A stretch of 64,000 nt of DNA, taken from the NCBI RefSeq assembly GCF_006345805.1, contig NC_043017.1, positions 25,978,001-26,042,000 of the forward strand, in the 5' to 3' direction. This DNA comes from Octopus sinensis. Its lineage: Eukaryota. The translations under genes and the position numbers were made by a program. Shown in pieces: positions 39,165 to 51,009 of this stretch (position 1 is its first letter; each line of letters begins with the position of its first letter). Under the pieces are notes generated by a model, which was given only the letters and a program-made list of their open reading frames with translations, did not search any database and had not been told where the DNA came from.

Positions 39165-40962
39165 ATGAGGGGTATATATATATATATATACATATGCACA
39201 CATACAGACGAACACACACACATATATATGCATGTGAGTGTATACACATATTGCTACATGCAAAAGTGTGCGTGAATGTATGGTGTGCTTTTATGTAATT
39301 TTCAGACCTTCATATTTGTATCACTACTATATAAATATATATATATATATATATATGTGTGTGTATATATTTGTATATATTGATATATACATATATAAAA
39401 ATCTATATATATATTCAAATATATTTATTTATTTACAGACGTATGTATACATATATACATGCATATATATTGGCACAGTTAAGTATATTTGAAAAAATAT
39501 ATATACATTAAATGTACATAAAGCGCCTACTCACATACACATATGTATGTGTACATACATATATGTGTGTATGAGTATGTGTGTGTGTGAGCGCGAGCAT
39601 AATGCTTACACATAATAACATTTACATATCGTCGTAAATGAAGCGGCGTAAGTGAGGGTATGATGTGTAATGTGCGCAAGTTTTTTTTTTAAACTCGAGC
39701 CATCGTTTTAGAATGACAATACGTGGTATGGTAGTTCTTCTCCCCACCATAATATTTATGTACAGAATTGATTATGGTTGGCAGTGTTTACCCTCCCAAT
39801 TCATCCTATTTAAATACGCTGCCATAATTTTGTCATATGTATGTAAATTAAGATCGTATACGCTTGTTTTAAGTTTATATTCTGTTTGTATAATCCATTA
39901 TTTCAACAGTTTCCATAGATTTCTGCTCCTTTGATATATTCAATGAGTACGTATTCACCATTTGGTTTCTCTGCGCTTCGTTTGCTCAGATGTGTATTTT
40001 TTTCTGAAACAAACACATTATCAGTTCATATTTTTGTTCCTCTCATGTACATGGCGTATGCATCAATGAAAATGCTAAACTTAAACTCCTATAAGGCAAA
40101 AACATTGTAAAACACTATACGTAAAACTGCATATATTTCGACAAGATCCTGTAAACATGAATATATATTCTGCATCTTTATCTAACAGTGCTTAAAATTC
40201 AAACAGCTTCTTTATGCTTTACAGAAAATATGTCAGAAAAATGTAAGTTAATTAAAGATTTTTCAAAATAAAACGTAGCCTCGCTCGTGTTTACGTTATG
40301 GAAATACTGTAAAAAGTAACCAATATTTTCTTTGTTACACATAATGAATTTTACATAAATCGATTTTGTCAGGCAAACTATTTACAAAAATACATTTCAG
40401 TATTTTTCTTTTAAATTCTAATGTGAAAACAGTCTCGTTAATTCTTAATCAGACATCCATTGATGGAAACGTCGCAGTTTTTCTTCTTATTTATTAGTGA
40501 GACAAATAAAACAAATTGTATTGAACCTGACTAGATAAACAGCTGAAAACAGAGAGCATGTTTTAGAATATCAAACTGATTTGCCATACTGAAATATTTT
40601 ACATTGAAACAACCCTTCCTTTTTAATTAAGAAATATTGTGTTCAGTTGAAGAATATGTGTTGTCGATGCAAGCAAGTAAACAACATAAGCCATATTGAT
40701 AACATTCACAACCGTATAGATATGAACACTTAATAAATATACTTTCACTTTTTGCAATGAATTCATAATGGTATATCGTCTTCAAGCGGTTTACCGAACA
40801 TATTATTCCTTGCGTTTCTTCCATTTTGTAACTTATTTTACTGAAACTTATTTATCGAAGCGGTAAGTATCATGAAATAACAATGAACGAAAAATACAAT
40901 AAGAGTTTAAACACATACAACGGATATCGATACGGCTCAAGTCTACGTGATTCCTGTGTATG

Positions 40963-41346
40963 GATGGAAGCACTCCGTCGGTTACGACGACGTGGCTTCC
41001 GATTGATCCGAAGCAACGGAACAGCCTGCTCGTGAAATTAACAAGTAAGTGGCTGAGCACTCCACAGACACGTGTACCCTTAACGTAGTTCTCGGGGATA
41101 TTCAGCGTGACACAGAGAGTGACAAGGCCGGCCCTTTGAAATACAGGTACAAAGAAACAGAAGTAAGAGTGAAGAAAGTTGTGGTGAAAGAGTACAGCAG
41201 GGATCACCACCATCCCCTGCCGGAGCGTCGTGGAGCTTTAGGTGTTTTCGCTCAATAAACACTCACAACGCCCGGTCTGGGAATAGAAACCGCGATCCTA
41301 TGACCGCGAGTCCGCTGCCCTAACCACTGGGCCATTGCGCCTCCAC
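40963..41346 (-). mobile_element. Full-length SINE family A with 11-bp target-site duplication
   Basis: TSD tcctgtgtatg at 40952-40962 and 41347-41357; tRNA-like head with A/B boxes. Confidence 0.93.
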
Positions 41347-42045
41347 TCCTGTGTATGACATATATTTTGGAAGGAATTCGTCAAACAAATGTCGTATGAG
41401 AAAGTATTGCTCAGTGAGAGGAAACACAGAAAACCTGATTACCATTCGTATTTCTTATTGATACAATGAATCTTACGATACAGACCACTTTTCCAGTTGG
41501 CAGTTATTGACGATTACCATTCACATGATTCTCTCAAATGTAGTAATTATTTATTTACCATAATTTTGAATTAATCAGGCATTATCTCTTAGAGTCAAGA
41601 TTTCAAATATATGATTCTTTATTATTAGGATGACATTTCGGGATACGTTTGAGAGGCTGTATGTAGCTCGTTTGATAAAAAAACAGGTAGAACGTTTCAA
41701 CTTCAAATGGTCGGTTTAAATGATAAATGTTTAACAGTGAAAGAAAGCTAAAGAGAAATAATATGGAAAATATAAAATTGTTCCCCTGTTTATCATGAAA
41801 GGACATTGATAAGACTCTTTTAATAAAGACATGATGATGAACATACATAATGAATACCAACATCCAATGTCTGCTGATACAGTTCAAAATCAACGGTATA
41901 CATAGATTCTCTTGTTGTTGACTTCTGATTGGATTTCTTTAAAAAAAAAAAATCGTCAAACTTGCACCGGTCTGTTTATTTAATATATGGTGAAACCTCC
42001 GAAGAAGACTGCCAATATGTCTTTTATGTTTGTAATCAGTACGGT

Positions 42046-42432
42046 GTGGAGGCGCAATGGCCCAGTGGTTAGGGCAGCGGACTCGCGGTCATAGGATCGC
42101 GGTTTCGATTCCCAGACCGGACGTCGTGAGTGTTTATTGAGCGAAAACACCTAAAAGCTCCACGAGGCTCCGGCAGGGGATGGTGGTGATCCCTGCTGTA
42201 CTCTTTCACCACAACTTTCTCTCACTCTTACTTCCTGTTTCTGTTGTACCTGTATTTCAAGGGGCCGGCCTTGTCACTCTGTGTCACATTGAATATCCCC
42301 GAGAACTACGTTAAGGGTACACGTGTCTGTGGAGTGCTCAGCCACTTACACGTTAATTTCACGAGCAGGCTGTTCCATTGATTCGGATCAACCGGAACCC
42401 TCATCGTCGTAACCGACGGAGTGCTTCCACAC
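42046..42432 (+). mobile_element. Full-length SINE family A with 12-bp target-site duplication
   Basis: TSD aatcagtacggt at 42034-42045 and 42433-42444; head tggcccagtggttagg (A box) ... ggtttcgattccc (B box). Confidence 0.95.
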
Positions 42433-43202
42433 AATCAGTACGGTATGATTTGAAAGTAATGTAGCTATTAACATATGCAATTCTATATTTGAGGATATAA
42501 ACGATGGTTCAAAATCTTGTGTAGTGATGTCATAAGGATTAAATCCTCTTTTAGTCTTCGCAAAATACTCACAACTTACATCGCTGATATTCTCTTACTT
42601 TGGAAGCTATTCAAACATACAAATCGGCAATTAAAAGAAAAAAGAAGCAAAATACACACCTATGCATTTATTTGCATATATACACCTATGCATATATTTA
42701 TTTAATAATAAAGACAAAACTGGAGAGGTATTTTTAAGATTATTTAATACGTATTAATTACAGGTGTTTCACGAAGGCTATGGAAACCTTGTAAGCCTGA
42801 GATATTTATAATTCCAGATCATCCGAAAATCTTTCAAAATATGCTTCTTTCACTTGTAGTAACTCGTAGAAAAATGCAAGAAAAAAAAGGAACATATTGT
42901 AGCAAAAAAGGTAAGCGGTCCCTTAGTTCGTGTTTCCGGGCATGGTGTCATTTATGTGTTAATTACTAATTAAAGATATGCATCGGATTATGATTGTGAC
43001 TTAAAGACAGTTTTATGACGACTTGACATTTCCGCTTAACATATAGATCGACCTCAAATGCAATTATGTATTTATAGTTGTGCAGACAAATAATTATATA
43101 CAAATCGCCGAAGGTAGATCCATGGGTGTACTTCTAGATAGAGGAATGATTCGGTGAACGAATGTGTAGGTATATACATTAAAAACATCCATGCTGACAG
43201 AT

Positions 43203-43280
<78 letters not shown>

Positions 43281-43592
43281 TATATGTATATATATATATA
43301 TTATAGAGAGAGAGAAGAAGAGAGGAAGAAGAAGAAACTTCATCCACATTTAACACGCTTTCCAATTTAAATTATGTATATATATATATATATTTATATA
43401 TATTATATACAGACAAAAAATGGCAACAAGAGGGAGAGAGACCAGTTGAAGCCAAACCCCAAAGTTTGTTTTTAATTTATTTTAATTTTAAAGGCAACGG
43501 CCATTCAACACATTGATGTTCAAATTTAACTGCTCTTCCTCCCCTCTTTGTTTCTTTCTTTCTCTCTCTGTATATATATATATATATATATA

Positions 43593-43882
43593 CTAGCAGT
43601 ATCGCCCGCCGTTGCTCGGGTTTGTAAGGGAAATAACTATATAAGCATTTTTAGAGCGTTATAGCCAAAAAATAGCCAAAAAATGCATTCAAAATGGAAA
43701 AAAACGATGGTATTTTTAAAAATCGTGACTCATCGTAGACGCGCGCTAATATCAAAAAGGGCTCGATATGTATCACGACTATAAGATACCGGTTTTGGTT
43801 AAACTGCACCGCAAAATGTGGGAGTAGTTAGGAATCTAAATAGTAGGAGACAGACACACAACCTTACTTTTATATATAAAGA
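43593..43882 (-). mobile_element. Complete 290-bp non-autonomous Helitron
   Basis: Minus strand A|TCTTTATATATAAAAG ... acccgagcaacggcgggcg hairpin ... atactgCTAG|T: the 5'-TC and 3'-CTAG ends, subterminal hairpin, A|T target and lack of TSD are Helitron hallmarks. Confidence 0.85.
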
Positions 43883-44175
43883 TATCCACACGCACACCAA
43901 CGTATATGGAGAGAGGAGGAGAGAGAGAGAGCTAACATTCATATTAATATAACTAATAACTTGTAGCCAAATTATTACAATGTCCAATAGGTAATTATGC
44001 AGTACACAGACAAAATGATTTGGCATTGTTATTAATTAGAATACTAGTTTGAAGTGATTAATAGCCGTATATTTATGCTGGATTATTTGGTCGCCTTTAA
44101 TTTCAGTAAGTTTGTCGTCTGGCAACAGGTAATTCTGATTCAATGGTATTTTTACCATTAATTTTCGTTTGTTTT

Positions 44176-44558
44176 TGGAAGCACACCGTCGGTTACGACG
44201 ACGAGGGTTCCGGTTGATCCGAATCAACAGAACAGCCTGCTCGTGAAATTAACGTGTAAGTGGCTGAGCACTCCACAGACACGTGCACCCTTAACGTAGT
44301 TTCCGGGATATTCAGCGTGACACAGAGAGTGACAAGGCCGGCCCTTTGAAATACAGGTACAACAGAAACAGGAAGTAAGAGTGAGAGAAAGTTGTGGTGA
44401 AAGAGTACAGCAGGGATCACCACCATCCCCTGCCGGAGCGTCGTGGAGCTTTAGGTGTTTTCGCTCAATAAACACTCACAACGCCCGGTCTGGGAATCGA
44501 AACCACGATCTATGACCGCGAGTCCGCTGCCCTAACCACTGGGCCATTGTGCCTCCAC
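44176..44558 (-). mobile_element. Full-length SINE family A
   Basis: Highly similar to 40963-41346. Confidence 0.92.
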
Positions 44559-44589
44559 TCCCTTGAATTAATATATATGTAGTAAACGT

Positions 44590-45400
44590 AACCAGACTTC
44601 AAGAGGATACCTCGTTGACAGGATCCGCATATCCAGATATTGATATTTTAGTGAGAATGTGAACACCACCTTTCTGATGTTCGCGCTTGAGGTTTTCATG
44701 TTCCAGATGGAATACTTTGAAATTTTTGAAACAGTTTTTTATAAGCTTTCTCCACTCGAACTCATTTACAATCATCTCTTTCGATATCAAACGCCAGGAC
44801 TTTGAGTTTGTTCTTTGCTGTCTTTGTATCTCATTTTCTGTTTGTGTTAATGATATTTTCCTCGCTGTAGCTCACCAGTAAACACTTTTCTATGAATTAC
44901 TACCACCTTCCATACGGTCGATGTGTCATGTCCATCACATTTGAGATGTTCTAAGAAACTCTAAGAATGATTGGGCACTGCGGCCTGACAAGGGCATCAA
45001 TGTCCGGTGTTCTCTTTTGCCATTTAATGTCGAATACACTTCTTGGACACTTCTGCTAAAAAGGCTCAAAGCATTATAATATGTTCAAAGTTTATCGTCC
45101 AGGTTTTGGAAAACTACGAAAGAGCAGTAAACACGCACGTTGTATGTACAAAGCTGCTGGTATTGATGGTTATGTCGTGATGAAATGAAATTCTCTTATC
45201 CAAATTTTTCGGAAGCACCAGAAGCTTTCTGGATGAGAAGAAGTTATTTTGGATTCAATATAATATTCTCCTGGAGCAGGTGTAAGCAGTGCTTTGGTTT
45301 TTGTAAGGTTGATTATATGACGAAACGCTTTACACAAAATTGTGAAAGGATCAAAAAGGTGCTGTATGGCAGATTCGGTGGGTGCTAAATCGTCTGCGTA
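44590..45400 (-). mobile_element. Degenerate RTE-clade LINE 3' region
   Basis: Minus strand CVFTALS*FSKTWTI..QKCPRSVFDIKWQKRTPD..RYKD resembles RTE LLYxxETWT..HQxCLRxIxxIKWQ. Confidence 0.65.
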
Positions 45401-45442
45401 AAGAATTTACATACATATATATGTACATGCATATGTACATGC

Positions 45443-45479
<37 letters not shown>

Positions 45480-45489
45480 TGTAAAATGC

Positions 45490-45635
45490 AAAATGAGACA
45501 AGAACGCAGAACATTCAGAAGACGATACGAAAAATACGGACGGGTCATTCGAAGCCTTTGATCTTCAGTCAAGAACCGGATGATCCTCGGGATTTCGGCT
45601 GATTAATCTTGAGATTGCTCCAAACTGGCCAGCAT
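45490..45635 (-). mobile_element. Further copy of the 32060-type repeat
   Basis: cttcagtcaagaaccggat...atttcggctgattaatcttgagatt shared with 32150-32205. Confidence 0.75.
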
Positions 45636-45713
45636 ACATACACATACGCAATCTGACACACACATACACACACAGGTACACATACAGATAGATAAAAAAA
45701 TAGATAGATAGAT

Positions 45714-45755
<42 letters not shown>

Positions 45756-46446
45756 GGCTAAAATGCAGTCTCCTTTTCAGTAGCGTATAGTCCACTGCGC
45801 ATGGAATATTTTATATAAAAAAAATAAATTAAAATCATTACAAAAACGAGCGAATGGATGCTGACTGTATCCGTTGAAACCTTACTTGTTATATATTTCT
45901 ATGGAACACATTAACACAAATGTTTTTCTAAAAGTAGTAGAACATACGTAAGTATGTATGTATGTATTTATGTATCGAAACAACCACTCATACTCACTTA
46001 CGTATGTGCGTATATATGTATGTATGCATAAAACAATATTCCTTCCTTTGTAACTACCTTTAAGCTAACATATTTATGATTCGTAAACGTAAATATACGT
46101 CGAAAAACTATCAAACATCAATATATTCATTGTGAAATTAAGTTTGTGGTACGTTGTGGATAGCAAAGACGTTTCGAAATAACTATTTATATATATTTTT
46201 TCTTCCTTCTATACGAACTTACACACGGAATAAATTGATATCTGTGTGTGTTTGTAATTATTTGGCAAACGTAGGTTTTTGCCTTCGACAATTCTTATAT
46301 GTAATTTTCGTATCAAATTTGAAATTCTGCTACGTTTACTTTTGCAAATGTTCTCCCATTTTCGCTCAGAGCAGTCAATTACCTTAGTCAATTTAAACTT
46401 CGATAAACAGTACATATCTAAATATATATATATATAACTATATATG

Positions 46447-46497
<51 letters not shown>

Positions 46498-46770
46498 TAA
46501 TATATATTATATATATATATATATATTATATATATATGAATATATTTATATGTATATATATATATATATAATATATATATATATATCTATATATATATAT
46601 ATACAGATGGATAGATAGATATGTATACGTACATACGGACGTGTGTGTGTATGTGTTTGCGTGTTTGTGTAAGTGTGTACGTGAAATGCATGTGTGTGCG
46701 TGTGCATAATTGCTTGTCTCGCCTAGTAGTTAACAAGGTGTCTGAAGCTGTCTCCCTCTATACATTTATA

Positions 46771-46815
<45 letters not shown>

Positions 46816-46823
46816 TATATGTA

Positions 46824-46875
<52 letters not shown>

Positions 46876-47417
46876 ATATATAATATATATATATATGAGA
46901 TTTATCATTATATATATATATTTATGCACAAATATACCATATATATACTCAAATACTTATATATATAGATTAGAAATACAAACGCAGGCGTACGCAATAT
47001 AAACATTCAAAGTTGCATATATATGTTGTGTAGGTCTGTATGTATGTATGAATATATTCATGTACCTGTCTATATACCGATATAATTTGTTTTATTTTAT
47101 GTTTATAGCAGTATAAGGTAGATGCAATGTAACCCTTTCTGCCATTTTAAAATAACGATTAAATGCATATTTTGTTTATGAATTTTTTCATACATATTTT
47201 CAAATCAAATTTCTTCGTAAACTTTCTAACGATTTTGATTCCACTTTCTCTCCTTTAAAAACATCAGACTTAACTCTCCCTCGTAATTTTGATGTACAGT
47301 ATATTCTTGCGTTCCAGCGAGTGAAACTATTTTAAACAATCATTGTCTTTGTTGTAAGCGATCTCCAGTTTCTATGTTTCTCGTTCTAAATTACTATATT
47401 TAATACTGCTTGCAAAC

Positions 47418-47780
47418 TTTGGCACAAGGCCAGCAATTTCGGTGAAAGTGTCAAATCGATTATCTCGATCCCAGTGTTGAAATTGTACTTATTTTATCGA
47501 CCCTGAAAGCATGAAAGTCAAAATCTACCTCCGTGGAATTTGATTGCTGTATTTAATATTATTTTCCTCTAATCGGGCGGCGAGCCAATAGAACCGTTAC
47601 CGTGCCAAGCAAAATGTTTAGCGGCATTTCATCCGCCATTACATTCTGACTTAAAATTCTGCCGAGGTAAACTTTTCTTTTTCACCATTTTGCTGTCAAT
47701 AAAATAAGTACTGATTGTACACAAGGGTCAATGTATTCGACCTTCTCGAAATTACCGGCCTCGTGCCAAATTTGAGGCCA
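47418..47780. mobile_element. Two degraded SINE family C copies in opposite orientation
   Basis: Minus copy 47418-47545, plus copy 47575-47780; both end in the tcgtgccaaa/ttgtgccaaa tail. Confidence 0.6.
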
Positions 47781-48080
47781 ATGTTATTTCCTCTTCCACG
47801 TCATTATTTTTGCTATTATTATTATTATTATAATTTTTGCTTAAAGCAGTTACACAATAAAACATTTTCTCCCAACTTGCGTGAAAATTTCGAAGAGAAA
47901 CTGCTAATAATTTTCATTTCGATTTTATTTCACGCAAGATATTCAATTCTTATTTTGTAATATGAATTTCTGGCTGTGGTTACACAACGAGATGTTCTCT
48001 GTTTTTTTTTTTGTTTTTTTTTTTTACCTGAAACATTTCCATTCCAGTTTAATTATCTTTTAACAGCAAGTAAAGATGCA

Positions 48081-49060
48081 ATGACTTCTTCGCCGGGAGG
48101 CTCTCCTGAGAATGACACTTTTGAACAAACCAAAGCAATAATAAATGATGAAATGCAACCAAATATAAATGAAAACCATAATGAAGCAAATAGTTTCAAC
48201 TTAACGAAACTAGCACTCCCGATATCCAAGAAAACAGAGACAAACGATGAAAAATAAATTTTCCGGTTGAGTCTAACTGCGGAAATGGAAAGAAACGAAG
48301 ACATACCAAACTTAATCAGATATATCTCAACATAATATACTTTAGTGAACAAAAGGCGCAGGAGTGGCTGTGTGGTAAGTAGCTTCCTAACATACCACAT
48401 GGTTCCGGGTTCAGTCCCACTGCGTAGCATCTTGGGCAAGTGTCTTCTGCTATAGCCCCGGGCCGACGAATGCCTTGTGAGTGGATTTCGTAGACGGAAA
48501 CTGAAAGAAGCCCGTCGTATATATGTATATATATATATATATATATATGCGTGTGTGTGTGTGTGTCTGTGTTTGCCCCCCTAGCATTGCTTGACAACCG
48601 ATGCTGGTGTGTTTACGTGCCCGTCACTTAGCGGTTCGGCAAAAGAGACCGATAGAATAAGTACTAGGCTTACAAAGTATAAGTCCCGGGGTCGATCTGC
48701 TCGACTAAAAAGCGGTGCTCCAGCATGACCGCAGTCAAAATGACTGAAACAAGTAAAAGAGTAAAAGAGTAAAAGGTAAAATTGATTAAGAAGTTGTCTG
48801 CTGAGATTTGAATTCTGTTGTGTGGACGCTCCCTGAGGATGAAGTATGCTAGCCCAATACGTAGATATGGAAGGAGAGGAGTAGACGTCGGGAGTTGAGT
48901 AGAGGTCATCGGAACGTGCGATTCGACAGTGGCGACGAGGATTTCGTAGCTCACACAGCCACTGTGTATTATTGCGATGTAACAAATTTCATGTCAAAAT
49001 TACAAGGCGAAACATATATTGCAGAGCAATACTTACCCAAATCGAGCATAAAAATATGTA
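48081..49060 (+). pseudogene. Possible decayed LINE ORF1 (gag-like) split by a SINE insertion
   Basis: With SINE 48354-48775 removed and one frameshift allowed: MTSSPGGSP..IFRLSLTAEMER..VKLIKKLS..MKYASPIRRYGRRGVDVG..QISCQNYKAKHILQSNTYP, which ends in a degenerate CCHC-like segment. Inference. Confidence 0.35.
48354..48775 (+). mobile_element. Full-length SINE family B
   Basis: Head, CORE-like segment, internal (TA)n(TG)n and (gagtaaaa)n tail. Confidence 0.92.
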
Positions 49061-49065
49061 AAATG

Positions 49066-49473
49066 TTTACTCTCTTTTACTATTTTACTTGTTTCAATCA
49101 TTTGACTGCGGCCATGCTGGAGCACCACCTTTAGTCGAGCAAATCGACCCCGGGACTTATTCTTTGTAAGCCTAGTACTTATTCTATCGGTCTCTTTTGC
49201 CGAACCGCTAGGTGATGGGGACGTAAACACACCAGCATCGGTTGTCAAGCAATGTTAGGGGGAGAAACACACTTATATATATATATATATATATATACAT
49301 ACATATATATGACAGGCTTCTTTCAGTTTCCGTCTACCAAATCCACTCACAAGGCATTGGTCGGCCCGGGGCTATAGCAGAAGACACTCGCCCAAGATGC
49401 CACGCAGTGGGACTGAACCCGGAACCATGTGGTTGGTTAGCAAGCTACTTACCACACAGCCACTCCTGCGCCT
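49066..49473 (-). mobile_element. Full-length SINE family B
   Basis: Reverse complement of 48354-48775. Confidence 0.92.
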
Positions 49474-49579
49474 GTTTGTGAGTGAATATTCATGAAGTTT
49501 ACAATCTTTCGTTCCCGTCTGATGAACCACGGAAGCTACCAAAGGAAAGTGATACAATAGAATCTAGGAGAACATTCAT

Positions 49580-49745
49580 AAACATACACACACTGCCACG
49601 CACACACACACACATACACACACACACACACATACACACACACACACGCGCACACATACACACACTGCCACGCACACACACACACACACACACCACACAC
49701 ATACACACACACACACCGCACACATACACACACTGCCACGCACAC

Positions 49746-49778
<33 letters not shown>

Positions 49779-50403
49779 ACACACCCAACGCGGCACACAT
49801 ACACCCACCTGCCACGCACACCACACACACACCCACACACAACACACATCACACACACACACACCACCGCCACATACACACACTGCCACGCACACACACC
49901 AACCCCACACACACACACACACACACACACCACACACACGCGCACACATACACACACTGCCACCACACCCACACAACCACACCACATACACACACACACA
50001 TACGCTCACACATACACACACTGCCACGCACCACACACACACCACACACACACACACACACACCACACACACACATACCAACACACACCCCGCACACATA
50101 CACACACTGCCACGCACACCACACCACACACACACACCACACACACATACACACACACACACGCGCACACATACACACACTGCACGCACACCACACACAC
50201 ACACACACACACAACACCAACACATACACACACACACCCGCACACACATACACACACTGCCACGCACACACACACACCACACACCCACACCCCATACACA
50301 CACACCACACGCGGCACACAACACACACACACACACACACACACCCACACCACAACACACACACACACAACACACACACACCGCGCACACCTACACACAC
50401 TGC

Positions 50404-50440
<37 letters not shown>

Positions 50441-50553
50441 CACACACACACACGCGCAACACATACACACACTTCCACGCACACAAACACACACACAACA
50501 CACACACACACACACTACACACACACACAACGCGCACACATACACACAGCTGC

Positions 50554-50592
<39 letters not shown>

Positions 50593-50793
50593 ACACTGCC
50601 ACGCACACACACACACACACACACACACCATACATACACACACACACACCGCGCACACATACACAACATCCACGCACACACACACACACACAACCACACC
50701 CACACATACACACACACACACACGCGCACACATACACACACTGCCACGCACCACACACACCACACACACACACAGCATACACACACACACTGC

Positions 50794-50830
<37 letters not shown>

Positions 50831-50841
50831 ACACTGCCACG

Positions 50842-50872
<31 letters not shown>

Positions 50873-50935
50873 ACACTGCCACGCACACACACACACACAC
50901 ATACACACACACACACGCGCACACAAACACACACA
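49580..50935. repeat. CA-rich minisatellite (unit ~cacatacacacactgccacg(ca)n)
   Basis: Motif ctgccacgcac recurs about 15 times. Confidence 0.92.
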
Positions 50936-51009
50936 TGTATATTTATATATAAGTATGCATTGTGCATTTTTATGTATTACTTATACCTGTCTTATATATG
51001 TATCTGCCA

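Noticed and set aside
42046-42120. tRNA gene
   Set aside because: The tRNA-like head continues into a 385-bp body bounded by a TSD and lacks a proper acceptor stem, so it is a SINE head.
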